Assembly (NCBI GenBank): GCA_019192515.1
Contig: JAHCMM010000115.1
Coordinates: forward strand, 1-56,007
Length of the DNA stretch: 56,007 bases
Direction: 5' to 3'
DNA from: Cyclobacteriaceae bacterium SS2
GTDB lineage: Bacteria; Bacteroidota; Bacteroidia; Cytophagales; Cyclobacteriaceae
Numbering within the stretch: the stretch's first letter is position 1; each line of letters opens with the position of its first letter. The position numbers were made by a program, and so were the translations under genes. The notes under the pieces were generated by a model. It did not search any database. It worked only from the letters and a program-made list of their open reading frames with translations, and was not told the origin of the DNA. Of this stretch, positions 1 through 9,874 are shown piece by piece.

Positions 1-1593
1 ATCTGTCACCCTATTTCTGCTTGCCGAATAGATATTACTTAATTTTAAGGAAGGACCATGTGTGTTCAAAAAGCCTTTCTTGGGTAAAAAATTGTAGGCA
101 ATTTCAGGGTTGATTCTTATAAAATCAGTTCTTGGTACATACCCTACTTCAGCTGTAAAGTTTTCACCTACATATTCATACTGCCCTTCTATTGTCCATT
201 GCCTTGTTTTGTAGCTTAGGTTACCAGCTACAGTAAAATCCTTTTCGGTATGTGCCGGACTAAAAGATTTCAGGATCAGCGCTTTTCCGGTCCATAGATT
301 GTTGGACGAAGCCAGTTTGTATTCCAGGCCGATATTGCGGTTGTAAGCCAGGGTGTCAGGTTGCTCATTTCCAACAGGGCTGACGTTGTTTAGCGATTGC
401 TTGTTAACCATCAGTAAAGTGATATTGCTTCTGGAAAACACCTGTCTTTGCAAAGCAAGGGCAGCAAAATTTTGACCACTCAATCCCTTTTCTTCCACAG
501 CACTTGTTTGCATATCCATTAACCCAATCCTCCAGTTTTTATCCAGTTTACCACTGAGACGAGCACCAAAGTGGATTGGTGCATCAAGTCCTATTCTTCT
601 GGAAAAGAATGGTCTGATCCTGCTATAACCAAAAGTGGCCAGCAGGTCGGCGTTCTCCAGGAAAAACTGCCTTCTCTCAGGAAAGAACAATTCAAACCGG
701 TCGAGATTGGTCACCTGCCTGTCTACATCTACCTGAGAAAAGTCGGGGTTGATTGTAAGGTCCAGGTTAAGAGAAGAATTCAAGGCTATTTTGGCATCGC
801 CCCCGATCTCCATCTGGTAATTGGGACTCTTGTCGTTTTCGTAGTCTTTGGTGACACGACCTAGTGTGTAGGGAATGATGGAAACATTGGGCCCCGGTTC
901 CGGAGGAGGCTGATCCCAAACCAATACGCCCGAGTACGCCAATGACGAAGTGGGGAATTGACGTGGTACAGGTGCCCAGGCAGATTTTTCTGTTGTTTTA
1001 AGATCCAGGCGACTAAAATTAATCCCCCACTCAGTAATACCTTTTTTATATCTGATGCTCTTGAAGGGTAATGACATCTCAAAAACATATCGGTCCTCAT
1101 ATGATTTTACTTCAGATATCCATTTGTTATCCCAACTCAGACTTACGGCGCTACCTTCAGATTCAATACCATCCCATTGAGCCCCTGCAGCATTGGCTCC
1201 AAAAGTGAATCCGTTGATCTGGTCATCAAAGGGATCCATGAAGAAGATGAAGTTGTCATTGTTTCCAAATTGCCAGTCCCTTTTGAGTGATTCCACATAA
1301 TACCGTCCCGGCAATGCATGATAACAGATAGCAATGAGATAGATGTTTTCATCATCAAAAGCCATTTTCACCTCTGTTTTAGCCCTGCTGAAGCTGGTAT
1401 CCATTGGGAGAACATTGTAAAAATCTTTGGCTACATCCGCATCCTGCCAGGCCAGATCGTCTGCAACACCATCTACCAGGACGGGCTGCGAGGTCTTCTT
1501 TATGGTAAGTCGGTAATCAGCATTGATTTTCTGAGAGAACGCCTGATTAAAGATTAGGAGGAATAATGCGGTTATAACCGAATAATATTTCAC
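1..1593 (-). CDS. DUF5916 / CBM9-like secreted protein. The N-terminal 531 aa are present and the 3' end is cut by the window edge.
   Basis: Absent from the ORF track because it runs off the window. Hand translation of the minus strand from GTG at 1593 is stop-free to base 1. It reads MKYYSVITALFLLIFNQAFSQ (signal peptide) ... VDGVADDLAWQDA ... FMDPFDDQINGFTFGANAAGAQWDG ... NPDFSQVDVDRQ. The short track ORFs at 571-1557 are out-of-frame shadows of it. Confidence 0.75.
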   Translation of the reverse strand, partial: MKYYSVITALFLLIFNQAFSQKINADYRLTIKKTSQPVLVDGVADDLAWQDADVAKDFYNVLPMDTSFSRAKTEVKMAFDDENIYLIAICYHALPGRYYVESLKRDWQFGNNDNFIFFMDPFDDQINGFTFGANAAGAQWDGIESEGSAVSLSWDNKWISEVKSYEDRYVFEMSLPFKSIRYKKGITEWGINFSRLDLKTTEKSAWAPVPRQFPTSSLAYSGVLVWDQPPPEPGPNVSIIPYTLGRVTKDYENDKSPNYQMEIGGDAKIALNSSLNLDLTINPDFSQVDVDRQVTNLDRFELFFPERRQFFLENADLLATFGYSRIRPFFSRRIGLDAPIHFGARLSGKLDKNWRIGLMDMQTSAVEEKGLSGQNFAALALQRQVFSRSNITLLMVNKQSLNNVSPVGNEQPDTLAYNRNIGLEYKLASSNNLWTGKALILKSFSPAHTEKDFTVAGNLSYKTRQWTIEGQYEYVGENFTAEVGYVPRTDFIRINPEIAYNFLPKKGFLNTHGPSLKLSNIYSASRNRVTD

Positions 1594-2148
1594 TGATTTG
1601 AATTGGGTTGAATTGAATAAATATAGATTGAATGATTCGGCAAACTATGACCGGTTATACTAAATAGATCTCTGACTTAAAGATCTAAAATCAACACGTA
1701 AAAATAGCACATATAATATAGGCTTTTGACTTTCATCGCTTAAGAGTGCATAAGAAGATTTTTACCTATAACTAAATGGAAGCTTTGGTCTCAAGAGCTT
1801 TCTAATGACTCCCCACTTTTCGGCAATAAATCCTTTGAAAAAATTTCAATAAGAAGCAAACCATTATTAAAAACAATAAAGACACCATTTTTAAAAGGTC
1901 GGTATTCAATCGTTTTTCTGTTTGCGCACACATTGATACCAATGATTATTTGGTAAATCGCCTCTATGGCCTTATAAAATGTTACATTGTAATTTTTTTA
2001 ACGAATAAAAAAAGGGGATTTCCAGCCCATATTGCCATTTTTTTAATGATTGGAGAATATTATCACCTCAGATTGTAAACATTTTGAAAATAAGGTTCAT
2101 AAAATTGTTAATTGTGTATATTTAATGACATACTATTGAGATATTCAT

Positions 2149-2164
2149 AATGAATTGATTCATT
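2149..2164. promoter_or_regulatory. 16-nt perfect inverted repeat AATGAAT-TG-ATTCATT, a candidate operator (Fur-box-like) upstream of the TonB receptor gene
   Basis: Read directly from the sequence. It lies 35-50 nt upstream of the ATG at 2199. It overlaps TTCATTTG (2159-2166), which is one mismatch from the Bacteroidota -7 consensus TAnnTTTG. It is AT-rich and loosely resembles GATAATGATAATCATTATC. Confidence 0.25.
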
Positions 2165-2198
2165 TGTTACGTAATCCAACACATAAAATGCGTAGCAT

Positions 2199-5156
2199 AT
2201 GAAGAGAATCTTTACAAGAGTTATCGTAGTAGTTCTATTACTACAGTTCACATTTGAGGTCACTGCACAGACGACAGTGAGCGGTGTGATTAAAGCGGAA
2301 GACGGAAGCACTTTGCCAGGTGTGACTGTTCAGATAAAGGGCACAGACCTTGGTACAATTACGGACATTGAGGGTAATTACAAAATAGACGTCCCTTCGG
2401 ACGGGACATTGATTTTTTCATTTATAGGAATGGAAACAATAGAAAAGCCTGTCAAAGGACTTTCTTCTATCAATGTCACAATGGTAGATGGTTCCCAACA
2501 GCTAATGGAATTGGTCGTTGTCGGTTCAAGGTCTACAGGTAGGACGAAATTAGAGACACCAGCTCCAGTGGATATCATCGATATTAAGGGGCAACAGATG
2601 AATATGCCTCAAACGGACCTGGCGCAGATGCTTGTTGCCACGGCACCATCGTTTGCAGCATTCCGATCTCAGGGAGGTGATTTGTCTTCTCATGTTGATC
2701 CTCCAACATTAAGGGGTTTAGCCCCTAACCAAATGTTGGTGTTGATCAATGGTAAAAGACGTCATACATCAGCTTTGTTGGCCGGAACTCAAACAGGTTC
2801 ATCTGCAAACTCAGTAGACATGTCATTCATTTCTCCTGATATGATCGACCGGGTGGAGATCCTGCGTGATGGTGCAGCAGCCCAGTATGGGTCTGATGCC
2901 ATTGCCGGTGTGATGAACATCATTTTAAAGGAAGGAACCGGTAAGTTTTCAGGTAGCTATACCACAGGGTTTAACCCCAATATCGCTCCTAATTTCACAG
3001 CAGAAGAAAAAGCTACATTAGACGATACACAACAAGCTTTGTTGGCAGATACGGAGCCAGATGGATTTACCCATAGATTGGCTGGAAACTATGGCCTTGG
3101 CTTTGGAAACGGTGGCTATTTTAATATTTCAGGTATGTACAAACAGACTGAAAGAACCATTCGTCCAAACGTACTGGGAGAAAGCACCACCATGTATGGT
3201 ACTGAATACCTTACCAACCAGAAGACAGATACTTACGGAAATCCAATCATTACTAATCCAGAGCTGGTCGAAGCGATCGCTACTGGAGCTCCAGCAGCTG
3301 AAATTGCTGCATTACAAACCGATGATGGTCTGCTCGCAGCCAGGGGTTTGACGAGACAGGATCTGTCTGCATGGGGTGGCCAGCCGAGAACTGCCCAGGG
3401 AGTAATAGGATTTAACCTGGGAGTACCATTATCTCCTAATGCAGAATTCTATTCATTTGGTGACTTTGGTTATAAATATCTTGAGGGGTATAGCTGTTAT
3501 TTCAGAAGACCTTCTCAGGCCGACAGGGCAAATTTTGAACTATATCCGAATGGATTCAGGCCACAGATGACTTCAAATCAGAGCAACGTGGCTTTAACTG
3601 CTGGAGTAGATGGAACCATGGGTGATTACAGGTTTGATTTCAGCAATACTATTGGAGCAAATTCCATGCAGATTGGTATGTTCAATACATTCAATTCAAG
3701 CTTACAGACAGAGTCGCCAACTGAGATGAGACTGGGTACTCATGCTTTTACTCAGAACACAACAAACTTTGATGTTTCTCGATTCTTCCCGGATGTTCTC
3801 AAAGGGTTGAACATTGCAGTCGGTGCTGAAATGAGATATGAAAACTACAAAATCGTAGCTGGCCAGGCTGAGAGTTATACAGCTGGTGATGCCGGATTAT
3901 ACACTGCATCAACAGACAACGAATTGTTGATAGGTCCGGATGGTATGCCACTCGAAGGTCTTAACTCTACTCCACTGGTTGATGGTAGCGGTGATCCTTT
4001 AAGCCTGGACTATGCAGGAGTTAGCCGAACGTTTGTTAAGGGCTACAGTCCAAACTGTCAGTGTTTTAGAGGTTTTGCACCTAAAAATGAGGCCGATCAG
4101 TCAAGATACGTAACGGGAGCTTACTTGGATATGGAATTGGATGTAACCAAAAGTTTCCTGCTTAGTGCTGCTGTTCGTGGTGAGAGCTACTCAGATTTTG
4201 GAGGGGTAATAACTGGTAAAGGTGCTTTCAGATATTCTATCACTGACAATTTTGCATTCAGAGGATCAGCAAGTACAGGTTTCAGAGCACCATCGCTTCA
4301 AGAGCTGAACTACTCACATACTTATACATTCTTTATTGGACTTGATCCATATGATGGAACACTTTATCCAAACAGTAGCAACGTAGCTTCTGCCATTGGT
4401 ATAGGTCAGCTTCAGGAAGAGCGTGCTAGCAACGTGAGTGTAGGTTTTGGAGCAAAATTCTTCAAGAAATTGAATGTTACAGTTGATGCTTACATGATAA
4501 AAATCACTGACCGACTATTCAGTACGGATGAATTCAATGCTTCTGAAGCGCCAGTACTGGCACCTATCATTGGTGAAGGACTTGCCAGCTTCCGAATAAA
4601 TGGTGGTGATATTAGCTCAAAAGGTATTGAATTCGTAGCCAACTATGGAACTGGTGTCGGGGCAGGAAGCCTGGATTTCACCTTCTCAGGGATCTTTAGA
4701 CAAAACCAGTTTGATAAGGCCAGTGTTCCGGCTCTGAATACATTATTAACTACAGAGCAGCTAGAAGCAAAATATATTGACAGGGCTTCAATAGGTCAGT
4801 TTGAGGAAGGAACACCAAGTACAACAATGATTGCTTCAGCTATCTACTCACTGGGTAAATTTTCTACCATGCTAAGAGGTTACTATTACGGATCGGTAAT
4901 AGACAGAGCTTCTGCCTCTGCAGTACTGGAAGATGGTTCTTATCCTGACCAGGAGTTTTCACCACAGACAACCGTAGATCTGGGTATTTCATATCAGTTT
5001 TCTGAGATGTTAGGATTAACAATTGGAGGAAATAACATCTTCAATGCAATCCCTGATATCCTGATCCCACGTCAGAGAGGTATTTACCTGTACTCTAACT
5101 ATCAGCAAGGCTCAGCAGGTTCTTATTATTTCGCCAGACTGAATTTCAAATTCTAA
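2199..5156 (+). CDS. TonB-dependent outer-membrane receptor with CarboxypepD_reg-like N-terminal domain
   Basis: 985 aa. Signal peptide, then VSGVIKAEDGSTLPGVTVQIKGTDLGTITDIEGNYKI. Plug motifs LRGLAPNQMLVLINGKRR and DRVEILRDGAAAQYGSDAIAGVMNII. Beta-barrel-type C-terminus ending ARLNFKF. Confidence 0.9.
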   Translation: MKRIFTRVIVVVLLLQFTFEVTAQTTVSGVIKAEDGSTLPGVTVQIKGTDLGTITDIEGNYKIDVPSDGTLIFSFIGMETIEKPVKGLSSINVTMVDGSQQLMELVVVGSRSTGRTKLETPAPVDIIDIKGQQMNMPQTDLAQMLVATAPSFAAFRSQGGDLSSHVDPPTLRGLAPNQMLVLINGKRRHTSALLAGTQTGSSANSVDMSFISPDMIDRVEILRDGAAAQYGSDAIAGVMNIILKEGTGKFSGSYTTGFNPNIAPNFTAEEKATLDDTQQALLADTEPDGFTHRLAGNYGLGFGNGGYFNISGMYKQTERTIRPNVLGESTTMYGTEYLTNQKTDTYGNPIITNPELVEAIATGAPAAEIAALQTDDGLLAARGLTRQDLSAWGGQPRTAQGVIGFNLGVPLSPNAEFYSFGDFGYKYLEGYSCYFRRPSQADRANFELYPNGFRPQMTSNQSNVALTAGVDGTMGDYRFDFSNTIGANSMQIGMFNTFNSSLQTESPTEMRLGTHAFTQNTTNFDVSRFFPDVLKGLNIAVGAEMRYENYKIVAGQAESYTAGDAGLYTASTDNELLIGPDGMPLEGLNSTPLVDGSGDPLSLDYAGVSRTFVKGYSPNCQCFRGFAPKNEADQSRYVTGAYLDMELDVTKSFLLSAAVRGESYSDFGGVITGKGAFRYSITDNFAFRGSASTGFRAPSLQELNYSHTYTFFIGLDPYDGTLYPNSSNVASAIGIGQLQEERASNVSVGFGAKFFKKLNVTVDAYMIKITDRLFSTDEFNASEAPVLAPIIGEGLASFRINGGDISSKGIEFVANYGTGVGAGSLDFTFSGIFRQNQFDKASVPALNTLLTTEQLEAKYIDRASIGQFEEGTPSTTMIASAIYSLGKFSTMLRGYYYGSVIDRASASAVLEDGSYPDQEFSPQTTVDLGISYQFSEMLGLTIGGNNIFNAIPDILIPRQRGIYLYSNYQQGSAGSYYFARLNFKF

Positions 5157-5184
5157 AACCTGTTCAACCAATAAATACAATACG

Positions 5185-5679
5185 ATGAAAAATCATATCT
5201 ATAAATTATTAATAGTTACTGCGGTTTCAGTATGTCTTATTTCTTGTGCAGACGAAAGAATAGAGCCGGAAACATTTACAGCACCTGGTGGAGGTACACT
5301 TACCAGCTACAAGGCTTATGCACTTGATTCCGTACCCGGTTTTGGGAATATTTACGGCAGAGCAGTGTTTTATCCTACCACAACAGGGTATACACTTTTA
5401 CAGGTATCACTTTACAATGTGATGGAAGGCAGTTCGCATCCGGCGGTTATGATTGCCGGAACTGACGTGACTGAGCTTTATACCATTGAAAACACGGGTG
5501 AAGGTTACTCCTTCGGAGAGTTCTCCACAGCCAAATATTTCGTGATCAATACGCCTTCATTTTATGCCGGCCTGGACACTTACGATGCCAGTATTGAAAT
5601 CAGTTTAAGTACTGCCGACGCGACAGTAGTGACCAGCGGAGGAATCGGTTTAAATGCTGATCCAGTAGAATCAAATTAA
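5185..5679 (+). CDS. hypothetical lipoprotein, companion of the TonB receptor
   Basis: 164 aa. Lipobox LISC at the end of a signal peptide. Starts 28 nt after the receptor gene. I recognise no family. Confidence 0.6.
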   Translation: MKNHIYKLLIVTAVSVCLISCADERIEPETFTAPGGGTLTSYKAYALDSVPGFGNIYGRAVFYPTTTGYTLLQVSLYNVMEGSSHPAVMIAGTDVTELYTIENTGEGYSFGEFSTAKYFVINTPSFYAGLDTYDASIEISLSTADATVVTSGGIGLNADPVESN

Positions 5680-5698
5680 TTTATTAAATAAATAAAAA

Positions 5699-6877
5699 AT
5701 GAAAAACATGATGAATAGAAGAGCACTGCTGAGACGTGGTGCACTAGCTGCAGGGGGCCTTACGCTAGGCTCCGCTCTACCATGGGGAGCCGTAGCTACA
5801 CCTAATGCTCAGCCCTTCTGGACTAACACCCCAAGAATGACAACAAAGCCATTTAACTGGTGGGAGTATCCATTAAAGGCTAAGCTGAATGCTAACGAAA
5901 ATAAATTCGGACCTTCAAAGCTTGCGCAGCTTTCCCTCGTAGAGAATGCTAACAAGGGTAACATGTATGCCCACATGGAAGTGCAGGCACTTATCAAAAA
6001 ACTAGCTGATAAAGAGGGCGTAAAACCGGAGCAAATTATCCTGGGACCAGGGTCAACTGACTTGCTTGAGAAGATCGCTGTTGTGACCTTCATGGACGGT
6101 ACAGGCAATGTGATCTCTGCCGATCCTGCCTATATGTCTGTAGTAAGAACAGCCCAGGGTGTAGGTGCAGAATGGAAGAACATTCCAAACCTGCCGGACT
6201 GGTCACACGACCTGGATGCCATGTATAAAGCCATAGATAAGAAAACCAAGCTGATCTATGTATGTAATCCAAACAATCCAACTGGTGCCATTACAGATCC
6301 TAAAAAGCTTTGGGACTTCTGTGCGAAGGCTTCAGAAAAAGCACCAGTGTTTGTGGATGAGGCTTACCTGGACTTCATGGATGATAAGGATCAAAAGAGT
6401 ATGGTTGGCCTGATCAATGAAGGAAAAGATATCATCATTGCCCGTACTTTCTCAAAAATCCATGGAATGGCTGGATTGAGAGTTGGATATGTGGTAGCCA
6501 AAGAGGATCGGATCAAGTCTATCGATGGTATCCTGAGATCATCATACAATCTGTGCGTGACATCACTAAAAGCAGCGATGGCTAGTCTTGAAGATACGGC
6601 TTACCTCAAGATGTCACAGGCTAAGAATAAAGAAGGACGTGAGTTTATTTCTTCTGAATTCGACAAAATGGGCATCGAATACATACCATCCTATACCAGC
6701 TTTATCTTCTTCAAACTCAAAGGCATTGAAGGTGAAGCCTATATGAAAGGCATGTATGAAAACGGTGTGGGTGTTAGGTTATTCGAAATTGATGGCCAGC
6801 CATGGGGACGTGTGAGCATGGGTACTATGGACGAGCTGAAAATGTTTAGCCAGACACTGAAAAATGTCCTTTCCTAA
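5699..6877 (+). CDS. class I/II (HisC-family) PLP-dependent aminotransferase with a twin-arginine signal peptide
   Basis: 392 aa. N-terminus MKNMMNRRALLRRGALAAGGLTLGSALPWGAVA is Tat-like. The body has NANENKFGP, NPNNPTG, VDEAY and RTFSKIHGMAGLRVGY (PLP lysine). Confidence 0.8.
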   Translation: MKNMMNRRALLRRGALAAGGLTLGSALPWGAVATPNAQPFWTNTPRMTTKPFNWWEYPLKAKLNANENKFGPSKLAQLSLVENANKGNMYAHMEVQALIKKLADKEGVKPEQIILGPGSTDLLEKIAVVTFMDGTGNVISADPAYMSVVRTAQGVGAEWKNIPNLPDWSHDLDAMYKAIDKKTKLIYVCNPNNPTGAITDPKKLWDFCAKASEKAPVFVDEAYLDFMDDKDQKSMVGLINEGKDIIIARTFSKIHGMAGLRVGYVVAKEDRIKSIDGILRSSYNLCVTSLKAAMASLEDTAYLKMSQAKNKEGREFISSEFDKMGIEYIPSYTSFIFFKLKGIEGEAYMKGMYENGVGVRLFEIDGQPWGRVSMGTMDELKMFSQTLKNVLS

Positions 6878-6906
6878 ATAATTGATTCTAAATATAAACT
6901 TGACTG

Positions 6907-6959
6907 AGTGGATTTTTGGATATCGGCTTCGATAACTGAAAATCCACTTTGTCTTATTT
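6907..6959 (+). terminator. intrinsic terminator after the aminotransferase gene
   Basis: AGTGGATTTT (6907-6916) pairs with AAAATCCACT (6939-6948). There is an inner TATCG/CGATA helix, followed by T-rich TTGTCTTATTT. Confidence 0.55.
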
Positions 6960-6985
6960 GAAACGGGTATTAAGTTGTTGATTTT

Positions 6986-8098
6986 ATGAACTTGGCAGTT
7001 ACCAAAACCATCTCTCTTTTATTGTTGATCCTGATTGGGTTTTTTCTACAAAAACGAATTATCAATAAAGAGCAAAAAACCGGGATCAAAGAAATTATTT
7101 TATCCGTGGCTTTGCCGGCCATCATTTTCATCTCGCTCCAGAAAGTCAACTTTGAAGCGGAGATGATCATCTTGCCTATTATGGCAATTATTTTCAACCT
7201 GGCAATGTTTTTTATAACCGATTTGCTCACAGTGTTATTCAAGGTGCCCAAGGACTCTTCGGCATATCGCACGTTGAAAATGTTGGTACCTTCACTGGCA
7301 CCCGGGCTTTCCTGCTTTCCATTCCTGCTCGAATATATTGGGGAGGAAACCCTTGCCAATGCGGCACTTGCCGACATAGGTAATAAGATCTTTTTGTTGA
7401 TTATTCTGTATATGATCAGCATTCGGTGGTACTTCCAGGTGAATAAAATCCAGTCTGCAAGTGGAAAAAGCAAGCTGAAGTCACTGATCGGTTCTATGGT
7501 CAGTGAGCCTGTCAACTTTGTGATTTTCGTAGCGGTATTTATGCTGGCTCTTGGTATCAACTATGAGGTTTTTCCTGATTTTCTCCGAATGGCTATCGAC
7601 CGGTTGAGTATCATTATGACGCCGCTTATCTTGCTGTTTATCGGGATTTCAGTAAGGTTTGATTGGCAGCAGATCAAAACGATCTGGTCCATACTACTCA
7701 CCAAAGCGGCAGTCGCTTTTCTTTTGAGTGGTGTAGTGATCCTTATATTTGGAGTGACAGACCCTGCTATGGTGCTACTTATCATCCTATTCCCTCAAAG
7801 TAGTTTTAGCTTTTGGCCTTTTGCACATATGTCAGCAGTTGCCAAGATGGAAAAGAATCTTACCAAGGATGAAAATGGAAAAACATTTGATCTGGACCTG
7901 GCCATGAATGTGCTGGCATTTTCACTGCCATTCTCGACTATTGTTATTTTGACCATTTGTACTTTTTCGGAATCCGTGGCTGCAGATCCTTATTTTTCTA
8001 TCACAACTGGGATCATCTTTTTGCTGATTGCCATGCTTAGGCCTTATACACAATATCTCAAAAAGGGAATTATCTATAAGCATCAGACCAATCCCTGA
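6986..8098 (+). CDS. AEC-family (auxin-efflux-carrier-like) permease
   Basis: 370 aa, polytopic and hydrophobic throughout. The N-terminus KTISLLLLILIGFFLQKR resembles the Mem_trans family. The antisense track ORF 6970-7560 is a shadow. Confidence 0.6.
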   Translation: MNLAVTKTISLLLLILIGFFLQKRIINKEQKTGIKEIILSVALPAIIFISLQKVNFEAEMIILPIMAIIFNLAMFFITDLLTVLFKVPKDSSAYRTLKMLVPSLAPGLSCFPFLLEYIGEETLANAALADIGNKIFLLIILYMISIRWYFQVNKIQSASGKSKLKSLIGSMVSEPVNFVIFVAVFMLALGINYEVFPDFLRMAIDRLSIIMTPLILLFIGISVRFDWQQIKTIWSILLTKAAVAFLLSGVVILIFGVTDPAMVLLIILFPQSSFSFWPFAHMSAVAKMEKNLTKDENGKTFDLDLAMNVLAFSLPFSTIVILTICTFSESVAADPYFSITTGIIFLLIAMLRPYTQYLKKGIIYKHQTNP

Positions 8099-8155
8099 CA
8101 GGTGTTAACTTGTAGTTCTATGGTCAGTTTTTCATTTATCTGAAAAGTATAGCTT

Positions 8156-9862
8156 ATGAAACCCATTTTGAAACTTATCACATTAGGTCTGTTCTTGCTT
8201 GGGTGCACTCCCGAAGAAAGTACATCTGCTGATGACCGTATTAGGGGAGTCATGGCAGACTCGGCGATGGTGGTGACCACTCACCCATTGGCCTCACAGG
8301 TAGGCCTGGATATTCTCGCAAAAGGTGGAAATTCTTTTGATGCAGCTGTAGCTGTACATTTTGCGTTGGCAGTGGTTTTCCCTGAAGCAGGTAATGTTGG
8401 TGGAGGTGGATTTGCTGTGATCAGAACAGAAAAAGGTGAGTTAGCTTCACTCGATTTTAGGGAAAAGGCGCCCTTATCAGCAGGACGGGACATGTACCTG
8501 GACAGTTCGGGAGATGTGATCAGTGGCATGAGTAGGCTAGGGCATCTGGCTTCGGGAGTGCCGGGATCGGTTGCAGGGATGTGGGAGCTACATCAGAAAT
8601 ATGGAAGCTTACCCTGGGAATCATTGGTAGAACCATCCATTAAACTGGCTGAAGAGGGATTTTTGATCACAGACCTGGGTGCCAACAATATCAATGGAGC
8701 ACTGGATTTTATTGCTCAGGCAACTCAGTATTCTCCCTGGATATTAAAAGAAGGTGGCTGGAGTGAAGGGGACTCGGTGATACAGGAAGAATTGGCTTCT
8801 ACACTGAAAAAAATAGGAAGCAAAGGTCGAGATGGGTTTTATCTGGGAGAAACGGCTGATCTCATTGTAGCTGAAATGACCAGGGGCAAAGGCCTGATCA
8901 CCGCAACAGACCTGGAAAAATATGAGGCTATCTGGAGAGATCCGATTATCGGTGAGTATCGCGGTCATAAAATTATCTCCATGCCGCCTCCTTCAAGTGG
9001 TGGTGTGGCTTTGCTACAGCTTCTAAAAGGAGCAGAACAGTTTGATATTAAAAGTCTTGGGCACAATACCAGTAAGACGCTGCACATACTCACCGAGCTG
9101 GAGCGGAGGGTTTACGCGGACAGAGCGACCTACCTCGGTGATCCTGATTTTGTGGATGTACCTGTAGCTATGTTGGTGAGCGAAGCATACAACAGAAATC
9201 GAAATGCTTCTATTGACTTATCCCAAAAGACAGCATCGCAGGACATCAAAGAGGGGAGTGTGGATGTGATAGAAAGTACCCAGACTACTCATTATTCCAT
9301 CGTAGATTCAAAAGGCAATGCCATTGCAGTGACAACGACACTCAACGGCTATTTTGGTTGTAAAGTCATGGTTGAAGGCGCTGGATTCTTCCTGAACAAT
9401 GAGATGGATGATTTCAGTGCCAAACCTGGCGTACCCAACATGTTTGGTCTTATTGGCAATGAAGCCAATGCCATTGCCCCGGAAAAGCGGATGCTCAGCA
9501 GCATGACACCGACAATTATTGAAAAAGATCAGAAACTGTTTATGGTCAATGGTACTCCGGGTGGCTCCACAATCATTACTACTTTATTTCAAACGACCAT
9601 GAATGTGATTGACCATGAGATGACCATGCAGGAGGCTGTGAATGCGAAGCGGATCCACAGTCAGTGGCTGCCTGATTCAATCTATATAGAGCCAGATGCC
9701 CTGCCCGACTCTGTCGTGCTAGGGCTGGAAGCTTTAGGACATGGCATCAGCAGTCGGCAGCGAAATATGGGCAAGGTCAATGCCATTTTAGCTTACCCGG
9801 AAGGCCAGCTGGAAGGTGCTGCGGACTATACACGTGGCGATGGAACGGCACTTGGGTATTAA
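8156..9862 (+). CDS. ggt: gamma-glutamyltransferase (lipoprotein, periplasmic)
   Basis: 568 aa. Lipobox FLLGC. GNVGGGGF, the autoprocessing and catalytic Thr context QTTHYSIVD, and GTPGGSTII. Confidence 0.9.
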   Translation: MKPILKLITLGLFLLGCTPEESTSADDRIRGVMADSAMVVTTHPLASQVGLDILAKGGNSFDAAVAVHFALAVVFPEAGNVGGGGFAVIRTEKGELASLDFREKAPLSAGRDMYLDSSGDVISGMSRLGHLASGVPGSVAGMWELHQKYGSLPWESLVEPSIKLAEEGFLITDLGANNINGALDFIAQATQYSPWILKEGGWSEGDSVIQEELASTLKKIGSKGRDGFYLGETADLIVAEMTRGKGLITATDLEKYEAIWRDPIIGEYRGHKIISMPPPSSGGVALLQLLKGAEQFDIKSLGHNTSKTLHILTELERRVYADRATYLGDPDFVDVPVAMLVSEAYNRNRNASIDLSQKTASQDIKEGSVDVIESTQTTHYSIVDSKGNAIAVTTTLNGYFGCKVMVEGAGFFLNNEMDDFSAKPGVPNMFGLIGNEANAIAPEKRMLSSMTPTIIEKDQKLFMVNGTPGGSTIITTLFQTTMNVIDHEMTMQEAVNAKRIHSQWLPDSIYIEPDALPDSVVLGLEALGHGISSRQRNMGKVNAILAYPEGQLEGAADYTRGDGTALGY

Positions 9863-9874
9863 ACCAGACAAGAA

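Noticed and set aside
571-1557. Four short track ORFs (571-864 +, 861-1100 -, 1143-1358 -, 1318-1557 +)
   Set aside because: All of them lie inside, and out of frame with, the long stop-free minus-strand reading frame 1-1593. That frame has a signal peptide and recognisable DUF5916/CBM9-like motifs.
1594-2148. Riboswitch or sRNA in the 605-bp AT-rich region upstream of the TonB receptor. This includes a 28-aa hydrophobic mini-ORF on the minus strand (about 1804-1890).
   Set aside because: I found no conserved riboswitch core (B12, SAM, TPP, FMN, glycine), no convincing hairpin plus U-run, and no support for the mini-ORF beyond chance in AT-rich DNA.
6970-7560. 196-aa antisense ORF inside the AEC permease gene. 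Similar cases are 47561-48097, 39647-40084, 24967-25380, 53140-53535, 33521-33901 and 55610-55945.
   Set aside because: Each lies entirely within a longer opposite-strand gene that has strong family motifs. Their translations are low-complexity and motif-free, so they are typical shadow ORFs.
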